The notes under the pieces: generated by a model
Seen by the model: the letters and a program-made list of their open reading frames with translations, nothing else
What the model was told of the DNA's origin: nothing
Databases searched by the model: none
Source: Nitrospinota bacterium
GTDB taxonomy: Bacteria; Nitrospinota; Nitrospinia; JACRGO01
NCBI GenBank assembly: GCA_016212295.1
Contig: JACRGO010000181.1
Coordinates: forward strand, 232-64,231
DNA: 64,000 nucleotides
Direction: 5' to 3'
Shown here: positions 37,735 to 47,399 of the stretch, piece by piece
How positions within the stretch are numbered: the first letter of the stretch is position 1
How the letters are laid out: every line of letters starts with the position of its first letter
Position numbers and translations under genes: made by a program

Positions 37735-38643
37735 TCACTGATACACCTCCCTGTACTTGCCCAATACCTGATGGGCTATCAAATTCGATCCCAATGTAAT
37801 GGCGAAAAGCAATAAGCCCACCGCGAAAATGGTCTGGTATTCCAAGGTCCCGGCCGGGGTGTCGCCCAGGCTCACCTGCACGATGTAAGCGGTCATGGTC
37901 TGTATGCTTTCCAGCGGATTCAGTGTCAATTTGGGAGTGGCGCCGGCGGCAAGGGTCACCGCCATTGTCTCTCCTATGGCCCTGGACAAGGCAAGGACAA
38001 AGGACGCCATGATGCCGGACAAGGCCCCCGGCACAACTATTCGGGTGGAAACCTCGAAGGAAGTCGCCCCGACCGCGTAGGCCCCCTGTCTAAGGGAATC
38101 AGGCACGGCGCGCAAGGAGTCGTCGCAAAGGGAGGCTACCATTGGCAGGATCATTATCCCCACCACGATTGCCGCGCTGGCGGCGTTGAACACCTGCGCG
38201 GACGGGAAAAGAAATTGCAGAATGGGAGAAATAAAGGTAAGGGCGAAATAGCCGTACACCACGGTGGGTATTCCGGCCAGGACCTCCAGTACGGGCTTGA
38301 CGATATTCCGCGCGCGCGGTGACGCGTATTCGCTTAAATAAATGGCGGCAGTGAGCCCCACCGGAATGGCGATCAGGCTTGCCCCTGCCACAACCAGAAA
38401 GGTCCCGCAAACAAGGGGCAACACGCCGAATGAGCGCGGCATCAGCAGAGGCGACCAATTAGTCCCAAAAAGGAATTCCCAAGGAGAAACCTGAATGAAA
38501 AAGGCAAAGGACTCCTTGACCAGGACAAAAATAATCCCGATGGTGGCGGCCACTGAAATGAGGGCGCATAAGAGCAGGACGATCTTGACGCACTCCTCCC
38601 GCCACTGTTTTCTCCAATTTTTTTTTAAATCATCTTCGAGCAA
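37735..38643 (-). CDS. pstC: Phosphate ABC transporter permease PstC
   Basis: [37 protein letters not shown]. Confidence 0.95.
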   Translation of the reverse strand: MLEDDLKKNWRKQWREECVKIVLLLCALISVAATIGIIFVLVKESFAFFIQVSPWEFLFGTNWSPLLMPRSFGVLPLVCGTFLVVAGASLIAIPVGLTAAIYLSEYASPRARNIVKPVLEVLAGIPTVVYGYFALTFISPILQFLFPSAQVFNAASAAIVVGIMILPMVASLCDDSLRAVPDSLRQGAYAVGATSFEVSTRIVVPGALSGIMASFVLALSRAIGETMAVTLAAGATPKLTLNPLESIQTMTAYIVQVSLGDTPAGTLEYQTIFAVGLLLFAITLGSNLIAHQVLGKYREVYQ

Positions 38644-38664
38644 TTCTTGTCCACCGTTTTATTA

Positions 38665-38726
38665 ACCGCGGAGGCGCAGAGAAAAGTTCTTTAATTTCAA
38701 TATATTTTACTCTGCGTCTCTGCGGT
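38665..38726. repeat. Family A palindrome between pstS and pstC
   Basis: ACCGCGGAGGCGCAGAG...CTCTGCGTCTCTGCGGT. Confidence 0.8.
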
Positions 38727-38748
38727 ATATTTTAAATTTCTAAGTCCC

Positions 38749-39756
38749 TTACTTATTAACTTTTCCCATCAACTCCTCCAAGCTCTTTCCCGCGGCTTCC
38801 TTGCCGTTGAAAATAGATCCTGTTACGCGTTTTTGGAAACGCTCAAGCGCCAGCTTATAAACCTTTTCGGGCAGGGGGACATAACCCACTTCCTTCACCA
38901 AGGCAGGCGCGTTTTCCAGATAGTACTCGACGAATGCCTTGACTTCCGGCCTGTCCGCCGCCTTCTTGTTTATATAGATGAATATGGGACGGGAAAGAGG
39001 ATAGGTCCCGTTCTTGATGGTAAGCTCGGACGGGCCCACTGGGCCCTTGCCCGCGTCGATCATGGCCGCCTTGAGTTTGGCCTTGTTCGCCTCGTAATAG
39101 GAGAAGCCAAAAAAACCGAGCGCGTTGGGATCCCCGGCCATGCCTTGCGCGAGGACGTTGTCGTCCTCGCTGGCGGTGAAGTCAGGCCTGCAGGACTGGG
39201 CCTTTCCGTTCACGGCTTCGGTGAAGTAATCGAAGGTGCCGGAATCCGTCCCAGGACCGTAAAGATTTATTTTCTGCTTGGGCCATTCAGGACGCGCGTC
39301 GCTCCAGAGTTTTACCTTGCTTTCCGGCTGCCAGATTTTTTTTAAGTCCTCAAATGTAATGGTGTTTACCGTCGTGTTTTTTGGATTCACCACCACGGAA
39401 ATGCCGTCGTAGGCCACCGGGAGTTCTATATAGTCCACCCCATGCTCTGTGCCTTTTTTTATCTCCTGCTCCTTGATGGGCCTGGAGGCGTCGTTTATGT
39501 CCGTGTCCCCGGCGCAGAACTTCTTGAATCCGCCGCCGGTGCCGGAAATGCCGACCGTTACGCGGACCCTGGGATTTGCTCCCTGGAACTCCTCCGCCAC
39601 GGCTTCGGTGATGGGGAACACGGTGCTGGACCCGTCAATGGTTACGGTCCCTTGAAGAGGAGAGGCGGCGTAAGCGCCGCCGCCGTTTAAAATCATGAAA
39701 TTCAAAATAGCGCCAAACAAAAAAACAATGGCTTTTAAAGAAAATCCGGGCCTCAT
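38749..39756 (-). CDS. pstS: Phosphate ABC transporter substrate-binding protein
   Basis: [44 protein letters not shown]. Confidence 0.95.
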   Translation of the reverse strand: MRPGFSLKAIVFLFGAILNFMILNGGGAYAASPLQGTVTIDGSSTVFPITEAVAEEFQGANPRVRVTVGISGTGGGFKKFCAGDTDINDASRPIKEQEIKKGTEHGVDYIELPVAYDGISVVVNPKNTTVNTITFEDLKKIWQPESKVKLWSDARPEWPKQKINLYGPGTDSGTFDYFTEAVNGKAQSCRPDFTASEDDNVLAQGMAGDPNALGFFGFSYYEANKAKLKAAMIDAGKGPVGPSELTIKNGTYPLSRPIFIYINKKAADRPEVKAFVEYYLENAPALVKEVGYVPLPEKVYKLALERFQKRVTGSIFNGKEAAGKSLEELMGKVNK

Positions 39757-39805
39757 GAAAATCTCCTTGATTTATTTTGAAAAGTTAATCGTAAATAATT
39801 TAGCC

Positions 39806-39967
39806 GTAGTAGGAATTTCCATTTTCAATTTCCAAAAATCAAACAGATACATGAATCACACCCCCCTTGATCCTCCATTGCCAGGGGGGAATTTTTGAGA
39901 TATTCCCCCTTTAAAAAGGGGGCCGGGGGGATGTCAATTCTTTTGGTTGCGGCCATGTCGCGCTATA
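39806..39967. repeat. Family C element ending in cap motif 1
   Basis: Near-copy of 31738-31876, then TTTTGGTTGCGGCCATGTCGCGCTATA (39941-39967). Confidence 0.8.
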
Positions 39968-39993
39968 AAGATAAATCATGTTATCCACCCCTG

Positions 39994-40593
39994 TCAATTG
40001 CCTTCTTCGTGTATTTCCGGGTACAGGATTTTGGAACATTCCGGGCAGATGGAATGGGAGAACTGGACGTCGATATGCGATTCGATATAGGTCTCCACGG
40101 TTTCCCAATAATTTTTGTCGTCGTGGATCCTCTTGCAGTTCGCGCATATCGGCAGGAGGCTTCGGAGTTGGAGCAGTTCGCTTATATCCTCCATTATCAG
40201 TATGGAAAACGTTTTGCCTCCATGCTTCAGGGGCGAGGTGGTCACCAGGATATGAGCATCGATTATTTTCCCTTTTTTGAGAAACTCCATCTTGGTCTTT
40301 TTGCGTATTATCTTATCACCCCGTATGGCGTCTTGTACTGAGCTCCTGACCACGCAATCCTTGCAAAACCCGGCATGGCCGCAGCCACGCGGGTCTTCGG
40401 TGGAATGGATGCAGCCCAAGGCGTCCCCGCCCCTCTTCCTGTAAACCCCCTCCTTGATAAAACCAAAGGTTTCCGTCGCGGCGGAGTTCAGGTACAGGAT
40501 GCGGACGTCATCATCCACGATGAATATGGGGGACGGAATTGAGTCGAACAGATTTTGAAAAAACTCGTTATTTTCCAGGAAAAATGGGTCCAT
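39994..40593 (-). CDS. Cys-rich PAS-domain protein with C-terminal CxxC...CxxC module
   Basis: LFDSIPSPIFIVDDDVRILYLN (PAS), GCIHSTEDPRGCGHAGFCKDC, LLPICANCKRIHDD...SHSICPEC. Confidence 0.85.
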   Translation of the reverse strand: MDPFFLENNEFFQNLFDSIPSPIFIVDDDVRILYLNSAATETFGFIKEGVYRKRGGDALGCIHSTEDPRGCGHAGFCKDCVVRSSVQDAIRGDKIIRKKTKMEFLKKGKIIDAHILVTTSPLKHGGKTFSILIMEDISELLQLRSLLPICANCKRIHDDKNYWETVETYIESHIDVQFSHSICPECSKILYPEIHEEGN

Positions 40594-40597
40594 AAAT

Positions 40598-41569
40598 TCA
40601 GGAAATCTTTATCCTTGGATCGGCCAGGGCGTATAGAATATCTGAAATAAAGGTCCCGATCAGGACCAGCACCGCAGAAATGAAATTAAGGGTCAGGATG
40701 ACCGGGAAATCGCGGGAGAGGATCGCCTCGTACCCAAGCCTCCCCATGCCCGGCCACGCGAAGATGGCCTCGAAAATAACCGACCCGCCGATGAGTCCCG
40801 GAAGCATTAGCCCGAACATGGTGATGAACGGCAGGAGGGCGTTTCGCAGGGCGTGTTTATAAATCACCACGTCCCTGGGCAGACCCTTGGCCATGGCAGT
40901 CCGCACATAATCCTGCCCTATGACTTCCAGCATCTGTGACCGCACGTATCGCGACAGGACCGCTATCCCTCCGAAGGCGGACATAAGGGAAGGCACGGCA
41001 AGGTGCCATATATGGTCCATTCCAACAAAGAACGCGCCTGCGTCCTCGAACCCGAAGGTTTTCATCCCGATCACAGGGACGTTGAATGCCTTGACGAGAA
41101 AAATGATGACGATATAGGAAAGGAAAAAGCCCGGGATGGAAATCATGGTATAGGCAAGGAAGGTGGTGGATTGGTCAAATAGCGTCCCCCTCTTCAGCGC
41201 CGCGTGGATCCCCAACGGAAAGGAGAGACCCCAGGTAATCAACGTGCTGCATAGGAACAGCGGAAGGGAGTTCAGGAACCGCAGCCATATTTTGTTCAAG
41301 ACGGATTGATTGTCCTTGAAGGACCGGAGCTCTCCGTTGAAAAGATCACGCATCCAGTAAACGTATTGGATGTGTATTGGGTCGTCCAGATGGAAGGCCT
41401 GGCGGATCTTGGCGATATCCTCAGGCTTCATCCTTGGATTGGAGGGGTCCACGAGGGAAGGCTCCCCCGGGGCCAGAAGCACAATGGCGTGGGAGATGAC
41501 GGAGATGAAGAAAAGCAGGACGATCCTCTGCCCTATGTTTCTTAATAAGAAGGCGCGCATGGGGTTCAA
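40598..41569 (-). CDS. Peptide/nickel ABC transporter permease (OppB/DppB family), no partners in window
   Basis: LDDPIHIQY, RYVRSQMLEVIGQDYVRTAMAKGL, KHALRNALLP, FAWPGMG, RDFPV. Confidence 0.92.
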   Translation of the reverse strand: MNPMRAFLLRNIGQRIVLLFFISVISHAIVLLAPGEPSLVDPSNPRMKPEDIAKIRQAFHLDDPIHIQYVYWMRDLFNGELRSFKDNQSVLNKIWLRFLNSLPLFLCSTLITWGLSFPLGIHAALKRGTLFDQSTTFLAYTMISIPGFFLSYIVIIFLVKAFNVPVIGMKTFGFEDAGAFFVGMDHIWHLAVPSLMSAFGGIAVLSRYVRSQMLEVIGQDYVRTAMAKGLPRDVVIYKHALRNALLPFITMFGLMLPGLIGGSVIFEAIFAWPGMGRLGYEAILSRDFPVILTLNFISAVLVLIGTFISDILYALADPRIKIS

Positions 41570-41610
41570 TCATAGCAAAGTAAAGGCGTTTTTAAAAGTC
41601 CGGCATGGGC

Positions 41611-44559
41611 CTATAAAATATATTTTTTCACCCTGGAGATTAAATCCTCCACCGCCACCGCTTTCCCCACGAAGTCATCGGCCCCCAAGCGAAACGCCTT
41701 TTCCCTGGTTTCCGATAGGGCGTCGTTGGTGATGACAATTATGGGAGTTGATTTTGCCTTGGGAAGGTCTCTCAATCTTTCAATTAATTCAAAGCCGTCC
41801 ATCACCGGCATCATAAGGTCCGCAATGATCAAATGGGGCTCAAACTTTTCAAGGACAGCCAAGGCGTCCCGTCCGTTTTCCGCCTCTCTGATCTCCACGT
41901 CCATGCTGCTTAAATGTTTTTTAAAAAGCTCCCTGATCACGGGCTCATCGTCCACTATGAGAATACATGGCTTTATACAAGGCAACTGAACGTAGAAGAC
42001 GCTTCCAACCCCCTCCTCCGATTCCACTCTGATCGAGCCTCCGTGAGCGGCCACAATGTCATGGCACATGGGCAGCCCTAAACCGGTCCCTTTTTCCCCT
42101 GCTGTTCCTATGGCGCTGGTCTTGGCGTCGCTCTTGAAAAGGTCAGGGAGAAATTTCCCGGGTATCCCGGTCCCGGTGTCTTTTACCGCTATGGTATCGG
42201 ATTGGCCGGGAGGAACAAAAACCGTGACCTTGTCGTCCTTCCTGCAAAACTTGATGGCGTTGGACAAAAGATTTTGAATGACCCCTGGGAACAGGTCCAT
42301 GTCCGCGTAAATCCTTGTGCCTTTGGGAACATCATTGACCAACTCTATTCCTTTTTTGTCGGCAAGATAGTGCAAACTGCTCATGGAAAAGGCGATAGGA
42401 ACGCGCGCGTCCATGAAATGGCGCACGGGTGAGAGGATGCCGGTCTGAAAGCGGCTCAACTTGAGAAGCTCGTCAATCATGTGGAGCATGTTCTTTCCCG
42501 AGGCCAATATGCGATGGAATTTTTCCCTGTGCTCCTCGTGGAGGGGACGGGCTGAATCATTCAGTATAATCTGCAGGAAACCCATGATCGCCGTGAAAGG
42601 CGACTTCAGGTCATGGGCCACCAGGGAAATGAATTTGTCCTTCAATTTCGTGGCGTCCTCGGCCTTGTTTTTCTCCACGGTCAGATTTTCCTGTATCTGT
42701 TTCAGTTGAGTTATGTCCGTTCCAACAAACACCACCCCCTGGAATTCTCCGCACTGGGAGCGCATCATGAAAGCCGAGCACAGGGCCGGTATTTTATTGC
42801 CGTTTTTCGACAGGAAGTCTGTTTCCATTCCAGCGGACAGGCCTTGTTCCTTTAGTTCCTTCTGGAATTGATGAAATACTTTTTCCTCTTCCGGAAATAG
42901 AATGGACAGGGGACGGCCATCCAATTCCCCCTCAGCGTATTCAAGTGTGCGATGCGCCGCCATGTTGGTCCTTTTGATCAACCAGTTTTTTAATTCCGCG
43001 GTCTCTTCGTTACCGGGAGGATGCGCCACCACCATTATTTCGTTCAGGGAACGGAGAAGGTTATCCAGATAGTCCTTGGACACCGAGGTGGTTTGCAGGT
43101 CCTCGGCCATTTTGTTGAAGGATGACGCCAATATGCCGATTTCATCCCTGGAAGCCGCCCGGACCCTGCGGGAAAGGTCTCCTTTCCCCAATGCCTCGGT
43201 CCCCCGGATCAACTGGATAATGGGATCTGAAAGGGCCTTGGAAAACAAAAACCCAAAGGCCACCACAAGGACCGAAATCCCAAGCAACTTGAATATCAAT
43301 CTTTTCTTCAACTGATGAATCAAGGCAAAGGCCTCGCTTTCGTCAATCTTGGCAAGAAGAAACCAGTCAACGTCCGGTATGCCCAAAGGAGTGAAAGAGG
43401 ACAAGGCCAGGACTCCTCTATAGTCCTCGGCGATGATGGCGCCGGTTTTTCCTCTCAGCGCCTCTTCCACGGCGGCCGTCCTGGCTTCCTGCAAAAGGAT
43501 GGTGGTGGAAAAGGCCCTCATCTCCTCAATCACCTTTTTATCCACCCCCTGTTCTTCCAGTCGGGCCAAGTATTCATCTGGATGTTCTATTATAAACCTG
43601 GAGTCGCTCCGCATTTTGTGGTCGGACCCCACAAGATATGTTTCCCCGCTTTTTCCAAGGCCGATCTTTTCCCACTCCTTGTTGCCGGTCATCACGCTGT
43701 TCATTTCGCCCAGGGGCATTTGGAAAACAAGGACCCCGATTTTTTGGTTTCCGTCGAAGACGGGAGAGGCTATGAACGATTGCGGGGCGGCATAAGCCGG
43801 GTAGTGAGGCGCGAAGTCCACCATCTTCACAAAATCCTTGCTCTTTGTCCGGCTGGCTTCCTGGAAAACCTTGGCAAGGTTGGTGTCCTTGTAAGGACCG
43901 TTTATGAGGCTTGTCCCGAACTCCACCTCTTTAAATACGGAATACACTATGTCGCCGGTTTGATCGTCCACCAGGAAAATATCCTTGTAGCCGAATTGCT
44001 TTTGGAAGTGATGCAAAATCTGGTGATACCGCAAGTGGACCATGCTGTATTTGCTGCCGTCCTCAATTGTTTCAAGTTCGTTTTTCGTGCCGGTTGGATG
44101 GGGATTTTCCGCTATGTATTTGTATTGGAGTATGATGGCGTTGTCATTGGAAGGCCAGAATTCTTCCGCTGTCTTTGGCAATTTGATGTTTTTGTTCAGT
44201 CTCGGGATGAATTCAGTCTGATAATATTTCATGACGCTTTCCCTGTATTCCGTTATTTGTCCTTCAGTGATACCGATGTCCTCGTCAATGCCGTCAAACG
44301 CCTCTTTAAATTGCCTCATGGCCTCGATAATCATCCGGTCTTCCGCAAGGGTCAAGACCTGGTTCCTGATTTGATTAAAGTAGGCCTTTATCTGCGTTTT
44401 TTTTATTTCCCGGATGGTGGTCAGATGATTGAATGACGCCAGTTCCAAGTCCTTTCTCGCTATGCGGTAATCCTGCCAGCCGGAAAAAAGCACAGGCAGT
44501 AAACCGATGAAAAGAAAGACTATTAGAAATTTGGCCCTGAATTTCAGATTTTTAAACAT
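41611..44559 (-). CDS. Hybrid sensor histidine kinase (periplasmic Cache-like, HAMP, PAS, HisKA, HATPase, REC)
   Basis: DEIGILASSFNKM (HAMP), SLVAHDLKSPF (H-box), NLLSNAIKF, DTGTGI, GTGLGL, ILIVDDE...DLMMPVMDG. Confidence 0.95.
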   Translation of the reverse strand: MFKNLKFRAKFLIVFLFIGLLPVLFSGWQDYRIARKDLELASFNHLTTIREIKKTQIKAYFNQIRNQVLTLAEDRMIIEAMRQFKEAFDGIDEDIGITEGQITEYRESVMKYYQTEFIPRLNKNIKLPKTAEEFWPSNDNAIILQYKYIAENPHPTGTKNELETIEDGSKYSMVHLRYHQILHHFQKQFGYKDIFLVDDQTGDIVYSVFKEVEFGTSLINGPYKDTNLAKVFQEASRTKSKDFVKMVDFAPHYPAYAAPQSFIASPVFDGNQKIGVLVFQMPLGEMNSVMTGNKEWEKIGLGKSGETYLVGSDHKMRSDSRFIIEHPDEYLARLEEQGVDKKVIEEMRAFSTTILLQEARTAAVEEALRGKTGAIIAEDYRGVLALSSFTPLGIPDVDWFLLAKIDESEAFALIHQLKKRLIFKLLGISVLVVAFGFLFSKALSDPIIQLIRGTEALGKGDLSRRVRAASRDEIGILASSFNKMAEDLQTTSVSKDYLDNLLRSLNEIMVVAHPPGNEETAELKNWLIKRTNMAAHRTLEYAEGELDGRPLSILFPEEEKVFHQFQKELKEQGLSAGMETDFLSKNGNKIPALCSAFMMRSQCGEFQGVVFVGTDITQLKQIQENLTVEKNKAEDATKLKDKFISLVAHDLKSPFTAIMGFLQIILNDSARPLHEEHREKFHRILASGKNMLHMIDELLKLSRFQTGILSPVRHFMDARVPIAFSMSSLHYLADKKGIELVNDVPKGTRIYADMDLFPGVIQNLLSNAIKFCRKDDKVTVFVPPGQSDTIAVKDTGTGIPGKFLPDLFKSDAKTSAIGTAGEKGTGLGLPMCHDIVAAHGGSIRVESEEGVGSVFYVQLPCIKPCILIVDDEPVIRELFKKHLSSMDVEIREAENGRDALAVLEKFEPHLIIADLMMPVMDGFELIERLRDLPKAKSTPIIVITNDALSETREKAFRLGADDFVGKAVAVEDLISRVKKYIL

Positions 44560-44590
44560 CGTTTATTGGACCGGTGAGGGTGGAAAAAGT

Positions 44591-44848
44591 TCAAGGCCGC
44601 TGGAAAAATGGTCCACCCGGGGCCGCAAAAAACGTCAAGCTTCGCTGAACATCGAGCGGTCCCGCATTGCCATAATTTCCATGTTTCTCCCTGAGGAAAC
44701 GGAAGCGGGCGGGAACAGATAGGCCATCGTGTAGGGCAATTTCTTCCCAATACTTGCGGGCATTGTCTTTCTTTCCAAAAAGTCCGGATTTTTCCAGGCA
44801 GTAAAATCCATGCTCCACGGCTATTTCATAGAACTCGGTTTTTGGCAT
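44591..44848 (-). pseudogene. Short ORF, possibly an N-terminal gene fragment
   Basis: Strong SD (AAGGAG) and protein-like start MPKTEFYEIAVEHGFYCLEKSGLFGKKDNARKYWEE, then an unconvincing tail. Confidence 0.4.
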
Positions 44849-45086
44849 GAGAATCTCCTTTTAGTTATTGCCGCGCCGTCTTTGCCTGCGGGAAAACGGA
44901 TACATCTGGAGGAATTTTCATGCGGAAGCGAATGTATAAGTCAGTATACAGAAATTCAAAAATATATCAAGACTCAAACAACAAATAAATCTCATGAATT
45001 CCATTTTGGGAATAGCCGGCCTTCTCATGGAAACCAGGACTGAAAAATTTACGAGAGACGCATTATTTTTGTCCCTCCCGATGATC

Positions 45087-45509
45087 TTATCTTGGTTTCT
45101 TCGCGCCCTTGGGAGGAATCTGCTTGACCGTTTGTTTCGTTAAATCTTGGCCGCTTCTCTTGTAAAAGACGGAAAAACCTCCCGCGAAAAGGGAATACAC
45201 AAAGGCAAAAAACACACATAAGATTAAAATAATGACCCAAGGGTTTGTGAAAAACCTGGGAAAAGCGAACTTGAAACCAGTGGAAATGGGGATTTTTTTC
45301 TTCTCTTGTTCCAATAGGATATGGCAGCGGACCTTATATTCACTTTGCAGCATTCGGGCGGCCCGTCGGCATTCCAGGCTATGCACGGCAATGATCAACT
45401 CGACTCCCGGATTGTCCAGGTATTTTTTCCAATGCTCCACGGTCTTGGGATTCAAGAGGGATTCCATGCTTTCCACGGAGATGGCTTTTCTTTTTTTTCC
45501 CTTTTCCAA
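45087..45509 (-). CDS. Hypothetical protein with one C-terminal TM helix
   Basis: 140-aa ORF, hydrophobic WVIILILCVFFAFVYSLF; start uncertain. Confidence 0.5.
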   Translation of the reverse strand: MEKGKKRKAISVESMESLLNPKTVEHWKKYLDNPGVELIIAVHSLECRRAARMLQSEYKVRCHILLEQEKKKIPISTGFKFAFPRFFTNPWVIILILCVFFAFVYSLFAGGFSVFYKRSGQDLTKQTVKQIPPKGAKKPR

Positions 45510-45590
45510 CAGAAGATCCGGGAGAGGACCGATCCATGTAGGTGGAGTCCCGCAATAGCTCGGAATAAGAAAGGAATAAACGCACAGAGT

Positions 45591-47396
45591 CTATTCCCGC
45601 TTCATCGCGTCCTTGGGGGTCAGACTGACGATGGTCCATCCGGGGCCGCAGTTTATCTTTTCCCCGGACACGAACACGCTGAGTTTTCCCTTGGGGTCCA
45701 ATGCGAACAATGGAATGGCCTTGCTATCGTATTGCCGCGAATAGTCCTCCATTGAAAAATTGTCCGTGAGGGAGGAGCCGCGCACTTTTCCGCCGTGATA
45801 AATGATTTCCGCCAAGGCGGCATAAGTGGCGTCCTCGCCAAAAAGTGCTCCTTCCTTTAGGGTGGGCATTTTTTTTCCGCTCACGCTTTTTCTTTCCTGC
45901 TCCGCTTGCAGGGCGAAGACCCTTGTCCTTCCAAACGCCTTGCGGAAATACAGGCTCGCCAGGACGTTCAGGTGGCCGTTGGGCGACACTGCGAGCATCC
46001 CTCCAAGGCCCACCAAGTCCAGATGCAGGTTGGCGTGTTCAGACAGTGGATTGCCGTAAAAGGTGGGAAGCCCCTCCATGCGAGCCTTTTTAATATTTTC
46101 CCAATTCGTGTCCGCAAGAAGGACCCCATGTTTTATTTCCTGAAGGGCCTTGGCAATGGCCCTGCCCACGGCATTGGCCCCTATAATAAGGAAGCCGTTT
46201 GGTTCCGGCTCCGCGACGCCAAGCCATTTCGCAAGAGTGCGGGACGTAGCGCCTTGCAGTATCACGGTCCCCATTATGACCAGGAAAGTCATGGGAACGA
46301 GCAGGTTCGCGTTTTCAAACCCTCGTCGCTCCAACCGCAGGGCGAACAGGGCCGCGATGGAGGCGGCCACGATCCCACGAGGAGCGATCCAGCAGAGAAG
46401 GGCGCGTTCACGCCATGAAAGGGACGACCCAGCCGTGGAAATCGCGGCATTGACTGGACGGCTGATAAACTGCATGGCAAGAAAAACCCAAAGACCCGGC
46501 CACCATAGCTCAACGAACTGGGAAAACTCAATGCGGGCCGCGAGAATTATAAACAGAACGGAAACCAGCAGGATGCTCAGGCTTTCCTTGAAGTTCACTA
46601 TCTCATCAATATGCACGTCCTTCATGTTGGCCAGGCAAAATCCCATGGCCGTCACCGCTAGGAGGCCGGATTCCGGATGGACTGCGTTAGACCCGGCGAA
46701 GAGGCCGAAGACCGCGGCCAAAGCGGCGAGGTTGTGCAGGAATTCAGGGACCACGTAATTGCGCAAGGCCAGGCCGAAAATATATCCAGCGGCCCCGCCG
46801 GACAACAGGCCAGCGGCCGCCATTTTCCCAAAGTCCAGGACCATGGGCGCGACTGTGAAATCAACGGGTTCGGATATAATAAATTCAAAAACAAGGACCG
46901 AAAACACCGCGCCTAGGGGATCGATCATGATTCCCTCCCACCGGAGTATGTTCGCTATGGACGCCTTGGGCTGGACCGCGCGCAACAGGGGGACAATGAC
47001 AGTTGGGCCAGTGACCACAGTGATGGCGCCAAAGAGGGCCGAAAGTTCCCAGGACCATTTCAAGGCGAGCCTCGCCGCGCAGGCGGTGATCATGAAGGTC
47101 ACGAGAATCCCCAGGGTCAGAAGGTTCCTCACAACGCGCTCCAGCCCCTTTATTTCCCGCAGCTTCAGGGTGAGGCTTCCCTCAAAGAGAATCACCGCGA
47201 CGGATAGGGAGATCATGGGAAAAAGAAAATTTCCGAACAGGGCGTCGGGCCGCAGCAAACCGGTGGCGGGCCCGGCCAGAATCCCGGCCATAAGCAGGAA
47301 AAGAATGGATGGGAGCTTTGCCCGCCACGCGAACCATTGGCATGCGATGGAGGCCAGGACAATCCCGGCTATACTGAAAATTATGCGTTCATTCAT
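45591..47396 (-). CDS. CPA1 (NhaP-type) cation:proton antiporter with TrkA-N-like C-terminal domain
   Basis: SVAVILFEGSL, VVTGPTVIVP, WEGIMIDPLG, WIAPRGIVAAS, LIIGANAVG; start MNERII (47396). Confidence 0.9.
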   Translation of the reverse strand: MNERIIFSIAGIVLASIACQWFAWRAKLPSILFLLMAGILAGPATGLLRPDALFGNFLFPMISLSVAVILFEGSLTLKLREIKGLERVVRNLLTLGILVTFMITACAARLALKWSWELSALFGAITVVTGPTVIVPLLRAVQPKASIANILRWEGIMIDPLGAVFSVLVFEFIISEPVDFTVAPMVLDFGKMAAAGLLSGGAAGYIFGLALRNYVVPEFLHNLAALAAVFGLFAGSNAVHPESGLLAVTAMGFCLANMKDVHIDEIVNFKESLSILLVSVLFIILAARIEFSQFVELWWPGLWVFLAMQFISRPVNAAISTAGSSLSWRERALLCWIAPRGIVAASIAALFALRLERRGFENANLLVPMTFLVIMGTVILQGATSRTLAKWLGVAEPEPNGFLIIGANAVGRAIAKALQEIKHGVLLADTNWENIKKARMEGLPTFYGNPLSEHANLHLDLVGLGGMLAVSPNGHLNVLASLYFRKAFGRTRVFALQAEQERKSVSGKKMPTLKEGALFGEDATYAALAEIIYHGGKVRGSSLTDNFSMEDYSRQYDSKAIPLFALDPKGKLSVFVSGEKINCGPGWTIVSLTPKDAMKRE

Positions 47397-47399
47397 GGG

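Noticed and set aside
39757-39810. Pho box upstream of pstS (also checked upstream of phnD)
   Set aside because: No clear tandem CTGTCAT-like 11-bp repeats found; both upstream regions are largely occupied by repeats.
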